A DNA stretch of 64,000 nucleotides, taken from NCBI RefSeq assembly GCF_000143415.4, contig NW_003314266.1, positions 1,820,463 through 1,884,462 of the forward strand, written 5' to 3'. Both the position numbers and the translations under genes were made by a program. The number at the start of each line of letters is the position of its first letter. Within the stretch, counting starts at the first letter, position 1. This document shows, in pieces, positions 13,563-26,200 of the stretch. The stretch comes from Selaginella moellendorffii (lineage: Eukaryota; Plantae; Lycopodiophyta). The notes beneath the pieces were generated by a model. That model searched no databases and was not told the origin of the DNA. It saw only the letters and a list, made by a program, of their open reading frames with translations.

Positions 13563-15454
13563 TTATATCTTCACCGAGAGAACAAACTGCTCCAATCGCT
13601 GAGCAAATATCTCCTCCACGGCCACTTGCTTGGTAAACAGAGGGAAGAATCTCTCTGGTACCACCAGCACGAACCAATATTTCGGCGGTGGAGCTCGGCC
13701 TTGCTTCTCACACCAATCGTCCAAAAACTCGATTATTTTGCCAACGTACTTCCACTTGATCGGGCTCTCCAGCGTCACTGCCACTCGAAAAATCAGTCCA
13801 GTGACAGTCCTCCCAGGCGTCAAAAAGGAATCAACGGTCCCCTCTGGCTTCATCACAGGCTTCACGTAGTGCTCCCATCCCAGAAAATGTAGAGGAAGTT
13901 TATCCTTGTGATGCAACTGACCACGACTCGTGAAGAGCTCAGCATATAAATAAGTCTGTCCCGAGCTCTTGTCAAAGTACTGGCAAACGGCTCGCTGTGG
14001 TCGTATCGTTTTCCGGAATTCTTTCTTCCCGTCGTCTAAGCTCCGCATGACGAACGCACCACCCCGGCCTAGTTCCTCGTGCACTATTCTTTCGAATGGG
14101 ACTTCTCGTAAACCAGCCAAAGCCGACACTGGAGTGTTGATGAGCTTGATTCGTTCCGTCAAACTGGTTTCCACGAGACCTGCTAGTATGACGTCTTTGG
14201 CGTACGTCGAGGCAGGGACGTACAACTTTGTAGTTGTTGAGCTGTTTTCCTCGAAAGAATCCGAAGTCTTTCTCGAGTACCTGTTCCGTACTAGCTTTTC
14301 CATATCTCGCCTGTTTGAGCAGCTCTCGGGAAACGATTTCCAGTTAACCAGCACGGCCGCGTTGTCGACCGAGCTCTTCAAGTCCCCCAAAGTATAAGAA
14401 CCCGAGTTGTAAAGGCAGCGGGGAACGCCACCAACGTAGAAGAAGCGGAGTTCCAAGTCGACAACGTCTAGCCCGAGATCCTCGAGGCAAAGCTCGCACT
14501 GTTCCAAGCTCCAGTCTTCCATATAGATAACCTTTCCTCCTGACCAGCTCGAAAAATCGAAAGGACCATCTTCTCGATCGAGTGCCACGCACTGGAGCAA
14601 AGGACCTGGATGCAGGACGGGCTTGGAAGGACCATCCAGAATGAGCCATACGGTCGAGTTCACGAACTGTCCAGCCTCGGTGTAGCTTCTAAACACTCTG
14701 GTGCTCGGACAAGTTCCCGAAAAGTTGTACAGAATCCATGTCTGGCAGTCTTTGCATCGATATACCACGGCCTTCTTCTCCAGAGCTAGAGAGACGAGCC
14801 ACAGTATCCCAAAAACACTCTTTCCAATGCCTGGCGTCCCTACAAGGTGGATGTTTTTCACCTTTCCAGTTAAGTTCTTTATTTCCGCTGCGATGTCATG
14901 ATAGGCCTCGTGCACCCAGAGAGATTTGTATTCCATGCTGTCCGCAAGAAATGGAATTCTACCGGGAAAGTGGATGACATTACGGGGCTTGAATATGTTC
15001 TCGTCCGCGGGCATCGACTTTACCATTTCAAAGACTTCGTTTGCAAAGGCTTGATACTGTGAGCCACCTGAAAGAAGAACAAAGGCACGGTCAAAAACGT
15101 AAGTATTGAAACTTACCATAAGATAATCCATTATCAGCAACAACTGAATACATAGAAAAGATGTGAGAAGAAAGACAACTAAGAATTTCGAAACTGCATA
15201 CCTGGACAGCCTCGAGCTTCAAGAGCCGTTGCTTCGGACTTTCCATCACCAAAACCCCACTCTCGGACCTCCTCAATATCATCCAGACCCTTGCCTTCTC
15301 CGTCCACCTGAAGAACATCTGTACCAACACACAGAGTCGAAACATCCAGCTTCCAGAAACTAGCAATCTTCTGCACATCCAGCTTCCTTCCTGGAGCAAG
15401 AGCAAAGCGTTGCACTGTGCCAGAGTACCGGACCCAAACCCTTTCCTTCATCAT
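13563..15454 (-). CDS. Crinkler/RHS-type protein: small N-terminal header + P-loop NTPase + restriction-endonuclease-like C-terminus
   Basis: Exons 15454-15202, 15143-15117 and 15067-13563 splice in frame. Walker A GTPGIGKS, Walker B-like WLILDG, RFFYVGGVPR, and C-terminal YVKP...TVDSF...LIFRV. Confidence 0.72.
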
Positions 15455-15810
15455 CGCGTCACGCCTCCGAGACAGTGAAGGATTAAAGAGAGGTTCTCCT
15501 TCCCCTTCTTCTGCGCAACTTTATTCTCCACTTTAACGGATACGGCTTCGTCATCGAGCACAAAAACATACAGAGACAGAATCAACAGTGCTCAGAAAAA
15601 AAAAAACATTAGGTGGTACCAGAAACATACTTCAAATTGATCCACATTACCTTATATATACAAATCGTAACTAGAGGAGGCCGCATTCTTACACTACTGT
15701 CTCCAAAATTCTCGAGCCTCACAGTGTTATTCTTATAGAGTTTCATCCTGAGGCTCTGTCCAAAACGCTGGTTAGCTCTAGCAAAACAGGCCGTCGGCTT
15801 GAACCTTTTA

Positions 15811-18756
15811 TCAGTAGTCTGAAGGCGGGTCGTGCATGCTTCTTTGAGAACCACCAAGCTCATCGCCCGAGCTCCGTTTGCTGAGGCTGGCCCGTTGCAT
15901 CAACCGGACTAGAGACTGGACAACCTCGGACATTGGAGGCCTAAACTCGGGCTCAGGCTGCATAGAAAGTAACAGAATGTCGACCGAGTGAATCAGCAAA
16001 CACTTTTTTACCTGAACACACGACGAGATAACGTCTGCGAAGCGAGACAAAGACTTGGCTGGATAGATGCCTTTCAACGCAGGGTCCACCATTTTAGACA
16101 GCGCATCAATATCGTGGAGTTGAGGTGTGGCCCATCTCACCAGCGACTGCTCCGAGCGCGCTCTTGAACTGAATAGAACACCTCTTTAGCTAATGGAACA
16201 TATAACCTTGAAAACTAGGAAACCTTACCTGTCCAGAGGCTTACGCCCTGTCAGTAGCTCCAGCATCACCACTCCAAAACTGTACACATCGCTTTTAACG
16301 GTATAAACACCAGACATTGCAAACTCCGGAGCACTGTAGCCAAAGGAACCCAGCATTTGTGCCGCAACCTGCCAGTTTTTTCCTATCAGCAAAGGAATAA
16401 AAGAGAATTTAAAAGCGCTAGTTCTTCAGACCTGTCGATCGGACGACGTGGAACTCAAAGCTGCAAGCCCACAGTCAGTTAAATGTGGACTCATATCATC
16501 GTCGAGTAGAATGTTGGCGGACTTAAAATTGCGATGCACAACCGCTGGCGAACATACCTCGTGCAAATACCTGTCAGCATAGTTGTAATTAGCCAAGTTC
16601 TTATGAAATAGATATCAGCACTTACTCAAGTGCTCGCGCAGCTCCTAACGCAATTTTGACTCGTTGATTCCATGATAGCCGTTTACTCGTCTCATCAAGA
16701 ACGTGCAACATCTCATGAAGTGTTCCTCTGTTGAAATACTCATACACGAGCAGCCGTTGTCCATGCTCTGCACAGTATCCGACAAGCTCTGTAACATTTG
16801 TGTGCCGCAGACGAGCAATGGTAGAAACAAATGCAAGAAACTCTTCATTTGTTTGTACCGTGGATCCTGATGCGTCGAGCTTCTTGACAGCTAACGGCTG
16901 CACCATCAGATTTGTCAGTCTGCTGCCAATTACGCATTGTGCTTACCGTGCCATTTTGAAGCTCTGCACGATAGACTCTTCCCAAAGAACCTTCACCCAA
17001 AAGATTTTCTTGCGCAAAGCTGTTTGTGGCAGCCTGAAGATCGGCGACGGAGTAAGAAGTTGCAGCAACCGACGCTTTCGAATTTTTGTGTTTTATAGGA
17101 CTACGCTCAGCAGCCGGAGTCTTTAGCGGTGGTGGCTTTAAGACTTTTTCGGGAGGAGAAAGTCTTGTTTTCTGTTCCATTTTAAGCTCTTTCACTGGTT
17201 TTGCAAGAAGACCGTTAGCTAGAATGCACAACTCAATAGAAGAGCATACCTTTAGCAGGAGCATTATGAGGAGTTAGCCATGAGCTCTCCATTTTCTTTT
17301 CCAGGTCCGGTTTTCGTTTTCTCTTACGCATGTAGCATACAGCGACAAGGCCAGCGATAACAGCAGCCAATACCAATGCAACAATTATACCAGCCATTTT
17401 TCCTTGTGACAAACCGCCACTTTCAGCTTCTTTAGACTGCCTCGATGAAGACTTGGTCCCAGGACTTTTTCCTCCAGCTTGTGCTCGTGGTGGAGGTGGA
17501 GGAGGCGTGAAAGGAGGTGGAGGGGGAGCCGGCGAAGTACTAAAATTGTTCCCACCGTCCCTGTAAAAGCAACGTTAGTATTTAGTACGTGTGAGGTTCC
17601 CTTCATTACCTTAAGTTGGGAATAGATCGAAGTGAGCTTGGAACCCATCCATTAAACTGATTATTTTCAACGTTTCTGAAAAAGAAAGCTTACGATAGAA
17701 AAAAAAAAAAAAAACAATTAGATATCTTACAAGTCAGCAAGAGGCAAATCAGACAGTACGTTAATATCCCCGCTGAGTTTATTGTTCTGGACGTGCCTGT
17801 GTAAAAGCTGAGTTTCAAGGATGATATTTGGGGAAGAAAGGCTTACATAACGGATATGCTAATCAAACCCGCAAATGAGGAAGGAAGCGAGCCAGTAAGT
17901 TGATTAAAGGACACGTCTCTGAAAATTTCGAAAACAGTCAAGTGTCATACTTCCGAATGCGTTTACATACTTACAGAAGATTCAAGTTGGAGAAGTTTTG
18001 AAAGACATCAGGAATTGTACCAATTAACTGGTTGTGGCTCACGTCTCTACACAAAAGTGCCACGATTAAAGTGATGTTTGGTGTCAGAAGAAAACTTACA
18101 TTTTCGTTAGAGACCACAAATCTTTCAGAGAGTATGGAAGACCAGTCAACTGGTTGTTAGACAAGTACCTATCATAGAAAGTTTTAGGAAAATAAACAAG
18201 GCAAGGCTAGGAAGAACGTACATCTCTTGTAGTTGTGGCGGAAGCTGGTACGGGATCGCTTGACTGAGTTGATTGTTGCTCAAATCCCTACAACGAAAAA
18301 TAAATTTCGTTCCCGAAAACAATCGATGAAACATACAGTATCTTGAGGTTCCGGAGCTGATCCAACGCGTATCCCAAGGACCCTCCCAAATTCTGACCGG
18401 GAAGCTTGCTGAAGAACACATAAATTATAGCGCATCAAAATCATCTTGCGATCTAAGAAAGTTCAGAACGTACATTGAGGTAACCCGAGGACCCGTACAT
18501 AGCACTCCTTGCCATGATTCGCCGCATGGATCACCACCGGGCCCAGAGTTCCACCCAGATAGCCGCGGAGAATTCCAGCTTCCATAGAGGATCTTAAGCC
18601 CATTAACTGCGAAAACAATGTGTCAATGCTTTCCTCATATCCCAAGACTGGCATATTTGCACAACACGACTTACCATCGCCAATCTCTGTGATCGCACGA
18701 ACTGTCCAGGCCACTTGCATGAGGAGCGCCAGACGAAAGAGAGCAGACCGAGCCAT
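15811..18756 (-). CDS. SRF: STRUBBELIG-RECEPTOR FAMILY (LRR-V) receptor-like kinase, multi-exon
   Basis: Signal peptide, one-LRR-per-exon structure, Pro-rich linker and TM. Kinase motifs [25 protein letters not shown] and [32 protein letters not shown]. Confidence 0.92.
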
Positions 18757-19802
18757 CGTGGTGTCTGCCAAGGCAAAAAGAAGAGATCAATCACACCGAT
18801 TCGCTCAAGAGAAATCCGGACTGACTGAGACTCGGACACGAAGAAGGGATGATACAGGAGAAATTTCGAGAGAAATGAAGGCGCCGGATCTAAATGCCTA
18901 AGCCACGCAACAGCATTGCGAGGAATCGGCGCTCTAGAGATTCACCTGGTAGCGGCGCCTCGCGATGACGGGATTTCGATCGCTGTGCGCTTCATTCCAC
19001 GGCTACCCTGGCCAATCGCCGGGCTCGTCGCGCAGCTCTCGCTACCCTACCGTGCAAGCAAGAACTAAATGCTGATGCCCTGGAGCTCTCGCAGGAGCCT
19101 CAGCCCCAATCTTAACTAGCTATTAATCTCGAAACTACGAGCAAATGGTTGCTTCGTACAGCCACCCGGTAGATATGGGCAGGGAGGTCGCAAACACGTT
19201 TGGCACTGTTTGTGTGCCAGTCTGGATCCGGACAAATAGACCATTTCTCTAGTGGGCCATGGCCCATGACACGGAATGTAAGTTAACGGCCTGCTGCAGG
19301 TATTCCATCCCGCTGGACCGGCGGCGCTGGTTAAAGAGGTCATACTGGGAGTCGAGCCGGTGACGTGCGAGAGCGATGGCCCTTCTGTGTGTAGTTAGCG
19401 GACAAAAAGAAACGCGAACCATGAATTTTTGACACGGGAACAAAAGAGTGTGAGGGAAGAGGGCCCCCACATTGAGATCACGGGCTTTGATCTTTCTTTT
19501 TTCCTTCCTTGTGTGAGGACTTTAGGAGTGGGCGAACCATCAAGGCCTTCCTCTAAACAGCGAGCCATCACTTCACCGAAAGAACACATTTGATAGCTAC
19601 GACTTGCGGGAAATTAAAAAGAAAGCTGGTGGTCGGTTCCACACAAAAGCAGTGCTCTGGAAGCGATTGCTAGATTCTTGTTTTGCGCTAGGGGGAGTAC
19701 TGCAGCAATGAAGAGCGGTAAGAGTTAGTAGGTCCAAATCGCATCGGTTAGCTTGGAGTTTTCATACGATGGATCTAAATGCGGCAGCTGGAACTTCCCT
19801 CA

Positions 19803-19995
19803 ACTCAAGCTCCGGGAGATAATGAGATTGATCTAGATGAGCTACCGTAAGTTGCCTGAGCTAACGTAACTACTAAAAGAAAGAAGTAGCGTACCAGGAC
19901 TCAAGCTCCATGAGGTAATGAGATTGATCTAGATGAGCTACCGTAAGTTGCCTGAGCTAACGCAACTACTAAAAGGATGGAATAGCGTACCAGGA
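19803..19995. repeat. 96-bp tandem duplication (2 copies) downstream of the 20023 stop
   Basis: actcaagctcc...agattgatctagatgagctaccgtaagttgcctgagctaacg...gcgtaccagg at 19803 and 19899. Confidence 0.9.
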
Positions 19996-20022
19996 GCCAC
20001 GATGACCGCTGAGTTCTTTTTC

Positions 20023-22600
20023 TTAAGTGGAAATCTCCTCCTGGCCAGCCTCGAAGGCGCCCCAGATCTCGGCAATCTCGTCAGCTGAGAGGGACAAGGC
20101 GTCTGTCTCTGTCACCTTTGGAGCTGTAGGCATAACGGGTGTGGCTGGCAGGGACTTGAGTCCAGCAGACTTAACTTGAAACTCGAAGCCAGGCGATGGA
20201 TGATCATCCTCCAGCCAGGCATCTCTGTTGAGGTCCAGGTCCTTGAAGTCGCGTCTTTTGCCAGGAGTCCTCTCTTTGTCCTCTTCAATAATGACGCTCT
20301 CCGCTGCTGCTTTTTCGTGATCGTCATTCTCAAAGCCAAACGATGAACACCTCTGAACCGGAGCTGCAGCGTTTTTGGAACTTCCCCTGTCCTGCGATAG
20401 AAAAAGCTGTGGAGTTAAAAGAAAAGGAAGAAAACAAATAGTGGAGGTGTCATACACGGTGCAACTTTACCTCATTCGAAGAATGCGTGCACCGGTCACA
20501 GTTTTGTTCTTGTGAAGCTGTCAAATCCACAGCAACCTTATTCGAAGATGTGTCCAGATGGAATGATGACGTTGATTCTTCTCTCTGCTGTGTCCTTGAA
20601 ATGTGAAACCGAGGAACCTTACCAAATAGCTCATCCGGGTTCTTCATTATGTGAAAGGAGAACTCCGAGTGCTTGGACGAACCTATCCTCGCTTCGACGG
20701 ACAGACCATTGCATGTTGAGCTTATTGACTGTCGTGGAGTGGCCGGGACGGAAGTGGAGCCTGTTCTCGTAGGGGAGTCAAGTGCCACGCTCAGATCCAG
20801 CTTGATACCATCCCTGTTTGACCTCTTGCTCTTGTCGGCCGCCATTCCCAACTTGAGCTCGAGATCTACATCCTGCTTAACTTCGTCCTCCTCCTCACCG
20901 CTGGACTGATCCAGCTCAATCATCAGAGCTAGCTTCAACGCCATCTTTTTAAGTTTCTTCGGAGTCCTTTCAAGCAGCTCCAAGAGTTCTGGATCAGGCG
21001 AGCAACTTCCAGCGTCCTGTCCCTCCTGCTCATGCAGAACCTGCTTGTCCTCCACGTTCGTATCGGTGCTTGCAATATCTACGTGCTTATCTTTGGTGTG
21101 GTCGTCCGTCGCCCCAAGGAACTTGTCTTCTAAAGCTCCTGGGACCGACAGCCGGAAGTTGAGGTTCTCCTGCGCAGCTGTAAACCTCTTTGGTGATCTA
21201 AGCCGTTTTGATCCCGAACGAGGTTCTTTGCTGAGGCAGGATGGATTTACTCCGGCTGACTCTTCGGTCGTGACTGAAGAGCTCGACTGAATGTCGAGAT
21301 GGATCGCATCACTGAAAACCGAAAACTTTTCCGATTTTAAGACGCTGTTCGTCGACGCAGGAACAAGCTTCATGGCTGGCGCTGTTGGATGGTGAAAGTT
21401 ACCAGATGTAAAAGTCTTGACTGGTGAGGAATGCCTGCGACAGTGTTGAGGCTTCAAACTGTTTAACGGTAGTTCCCGCAGAGCTGACCTTCCTTGAGCT
21501 TTGGCCTGTAATACCGAACGGTTAGACATTCACTAACATTTGATAATTCACTTTGTTCATCTTACCGTAACGTCTTTCGGCACTTGAGGAGGCTTTGCAG
21601 TCTCAGTCCTTGCACCCGGCAGGGATTTTTGAAACCGTGCTGCCGAAGCATTCAAGACAAAGTTACCGCTCCCGGTCCTTTTGTTAGGAGAACCTTTCCG
21701 AGGCGATCTTCGCCCCGGAGACTTCCTGCTGGGGGACCGTCGGCGCTGACGATTCGTAACAGCGGCTAGTTCCTCGCTGCTTAAAGATGAATGCGACGAT
21801 GTACACCGTCCCCTTGACTTATCTGGAGAGACTGCGCGAAAGACCAGAGTCTGGTAGCACGGTAATCCAAGTCCTCTGGTCAGTGGAGCAGCTTCGGCCA
21901 AAGATTTCGTGACAGCGGCTTCAACCTTCTCACCAGAGATCTCGGTTGCTTGCTGAGTCTCTTCGTCGTCCTTTCTGTCTGCAGCGTGACCGTCGTTAAA
22001 CTTGAAGTTGGCAGCCTTCAAACAAGCGATGGTAGCCAAGTGATCCGGACTCGGCCTTACGGAGTCCCCCGCCAAATCTCGCTTGCCTTCCTTTTGACTA
22101 GAGCACCGAGAGAGTGCCGCCTCTTTCGCGCTAGAAGACCTTGTAAGGCTACCTTCTTTAGCACTGGAAGATCTGCTCAGCGAGAGAACCCCGCTCTTAT
22201 CGGCTTCCATGAACTTCAGCAAAGTTCGTTTAGGCTGTTCTCCCCCTGGTAAATCGTGGATGCCACTAGTGATGGCCTTCGCTCCTAGCAAATCCCGGCA
22301 CCTTGTTCTCGATGGAGACAAAGGGTGTCGCCTAAGCTGCAGCGGGGGGACCTTGGAACCTCTGAGAAGCTTAGAAATACTTGAAAAGCCTCTCTTCGTC
22401 TGCCCCGGGCTCTCACACTCGGTGTAAACCGGATTCATGAATGCTCTAGCTTGGTGTTTTCGAGTTCCATCTTCGTCTTCCGTGTAAGACGCCCGCCTCA
22501 CTGGGAAGAACACATTACCGTGTTTGTCCCAGCGACACTTTTCGGACTTTTCGGAGCCAGGGGTTGAGCGAGCACTCGACTTACTCACACACAGACCCAT
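20023..22600 (-). CDS. Uncharacterised ~800-aa Ser/Arg-rich, probably disordered protein with N-terminal MGLCVS acylation motif, 3 exons
   Basis: Three long ORFs joined in frame by GT-AG introns (21565-21506, 20455-20392). Confidence 0.75.
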
Positions 22601-23299
22601 TCCGCTCAAGATCCTGCGTGAAAGGAGATGATAAGCAACGAGAACGAATCTATAAACAGGAACTCACTTTTGCGAAGAACAGCCGCTCCAAATGCCTCGA
22701 AAAACTCTGAAGCACTAGAACACCTCCGCGACCATTGCAATGTCGTCCTCTTGCTCTAAGCACCAAAACTTCTTATGGCCTAGCGTTGTAGCGTACCATA
22801 GAAGCTGTGGTGCGTCGTCCCCACACCTCTGGACCGCCATTTTTCCCGTCAAGGAACAAAACAAGCAAATCTGGCAAGGCCACCAGAAGTCAAGCGTGAA
22901 ATCACAGAATAATCCCTGTGCAGGAAGGAAACGGTAAATCTCGGCTCACTCCTCACCAAGATCTGGAACAAGACGGCCGAGCCTTTCCCTGGAGACGACA
23001 AAGAGAGAGATCTACGCCAAGAAGCTCGAGCGTCTCCGGGCACTCAAACCCTGGCTCCTTCTTCCCACTTGATGAGGAGCCCTAAAGTATAGCAGCGCTT
23101 TTAGCAGGGTTTGTGAGATCCAAAGATTAAGACTCTTTGCAACGTCATTGAGCGGGAAAATTTCAAATTCGAAATGCTGCCGTTTGATTCAAAGGAAGTG
23201 TTCACTTTTTGTCCACTTCTTATGACATTGACAACATTGACTTCTTGTACGTGGAGAGGTGGCGTGGCAAAGAAAAAAACCGTAAGGTTTATATTTGTT

Positions 23300-26200
23300 T
23301 TCTAGCCTAGGGTTGAAAAGTATTTTAACTGTATTCTATTCTTATTTTTATGATATATTTTTTATTTTTGGTTTGCTTAAGCCAAAATTTTCTACTAAAT
23401 TGAGTCATCTCGAAAAGAAATGTTTTATAAGAACCTATCTTTTTATATTATTTTATTATAACTACTTTTACAATTGTTATATTTTGATTTTCCTAAATAT
23501 GAATCAAGAGAATGGTTAGACTTATAACTTGTATATGTCCTTTGATTCCTATAGTTCAATTTTATTATTTGATTATAGCTCCATACATTCCTTTTGCTTA
23601 TTCTTTTCCATGGTAGTAGGGTAACTTTGCACCATAATGACTTAAGGAGTGATTCCTTAAATTAGATATGCTTAACTTGTAATCTCACACATCAAGATTA
23701 ACATCATTAATAGTGCTAAATTCTTTTTTACCTTATAGGGATTTAGTCCTTTAGGCATTAAATAATGCCCTTATGATACTAAACACCATTTTCTTGTTGT
23801 ACTTGTATTATTTAAATCCAAAGACACTTAACCCCAAATATCCCAAGACTTTTAATCAATTGGAAAATGTGATGCACTTTTATTCATGAGCCCTTTCCTG
23901 TCAAGTTGTTTTTTTCCGTTGTTTACAATCTACCATACTTCTTTATAAATTTAAGTCTTCATAAATAAAAGATAAAAGCCACAACTTTCCCAAAATCTTT
24001 TAACACCTTAAGTTAAAAGTTGTAACTTTTCTAAAAGACCTACTTTCTTGACATCCTGTATTGAGACAAGTTAGAGCAAATTAAATGCCAAATATTAATT
24101 TTAATATATAATGTGATTCCCTTAGCTAACCATTACAGTCGAAGCCAAAACCTCTTTAATACTAAATATAAGTTTTTGAATTTGGACTTTTTAAAAGGTC
24201 ACCCAACCCAATATTTTATCTCAATTTTAATGGCTTTTGTACCCTTCAAGATGTCTTTAAACTTTTATAGAATAACAACTATTGATTAAACCTTTCAAAA
24301 GAAATATTGTGATGAAAAATAAACTCTAAAAAAAAAGGTGTTCAATGATATCAACTGCAATGTTATAAAAAAATTTAAGTTTTTTTATGGGTTTTGAACT
24401 TTAGATTTATAAAAGTAATATAGAGTTAAAATAATTTTAGGATGGGAAGGCCTAAAAAAGAATACCAGATGGTCATAGTTCTTTTGAGGCATTTGATCAA
24501 GCCAAAGAATGCTTTATAGTTCAAAAAGGATTGATAATTAATTTATCCTTGGTTTCTTAAAATTAATGTTTACCCAAATAAAAGAATGAAGTGTTTCTAT
24601 TGTATTGAGCTTAAGGTTATATGAAATAAAAAGCTTTCTTTGGAAACTTAATACATTTTTTAAACTTTCAAGGTGAAAAGTAGATCAAAAGAAAAGCTTT
24701 TAAAAAGAAAAAAAGGGGGTGCCCTTCAAAATCAAGGCATACCCATTATTACTCAAACTCAATAACAGTTAATCTCAAATATTCTAATACACTTAACCAA
24801 TTGGAAATGAGATTGCACTTTTGTTTATGGGCCATTTCCGTATATAAAATTTTATAGATCATTGTTCTTTTTGGTTGCTTACATATTAATGTTTTACACC
24901 ATTAGACATATTTTGTTAAAAGACTTTAATTCCACATTTTTTGGTTTAGGCTATGCCAATTTTATTTCTCTTAGCAAAGATTTCATGAACTAACCAACTT
25001 GAGCTACGCAAGGCACCCCTTATAAGATAGTTAGTGTTTCCATATTATTAACTTTATAAGCTTATCTTTACAATATATTCCACTTGTGTTTATGTCTTCA
25101 CCAAGATCATATATTACTCTTTTTGTTATGCCAAAATAATTGATATTGATTAACCCTTTACCATCATGCTTAAACATCTTCATGGAAGTTTATTTTACTT
25201 TTGTGAACACCTTTTTATAACTTCTGGATAACACTCTTAATAACCTCATGGCTACTCTTGAAGTGCCACCTCACTTGAATATAATTATTTATATTTCTAT
25301 CCCATCCACAAACACCATTTTTAAAAGTGTTATTCCAACTCTTAATTATCTCTTTTATTTCATATGGGCTACTTTGCCCTTTAAAATTGTTCTTCCATAA
25401 TATAAGAATATTATTTAAGTACACTCCCAATTCCTTAAGTTGCTCTAGCATTCATGAAAGATAGCTCAAGTTACTACACTAAGGACATATATCCTCAACC
25501 ATATTTGACCACCTGTGATTATTAATTTAATATCAAATTCATAACACTATCCTCAACTAAATAAGGATAACTTTATAACTCTTTTATTCTTTAGAAATCT
25601 TTTTTCTTTAAGTAATCTAAACTTTAGTTGTATACTATAATTATATTAAAATTAGCTTTGCAAAATTATGCTCTCACATTGATTACATCATCATCTTTTT
25701 TAGGAAAGCCTTTTATGGTTCCTAAGATCCCAATTATTTTTTATCACAGTTCTATAAATTTATATATGAACTAAAGTGAAGAGCTATGCTCTCTTAACAT
25801 CTTATTCTTTGAGTTTAGCCCCACTCTTGGGACTTTTTGTTATTAATATCAAGTGATGATATACTTGACTATCAATAAGAGTTAGACTAAGGAACAACTT
25901 AAATATTAAATTGTAAGTGATTAAATTTTTTATTCTACTTTAGTCTTTAACCATACCTTTAATTATTTGAAAAACTCTCACTCACAACCTTGATAGGTCC
26001 TCATCCTAACCTATAATACTTGCTAAACCCTTAGAGGTGATTTAAAGTTATATTGACTAGTTGATATAAATATTACATGTATTCAAGTCCCACTTCAGAC
26101 ACTCAAAGGTACCATTGACATTAAAGCCTTGTCAATTCTCACTATCTCATTGATAATTCAAAACCACCTATACTATAGCTTTATCCTTCTTAAATTAAAT

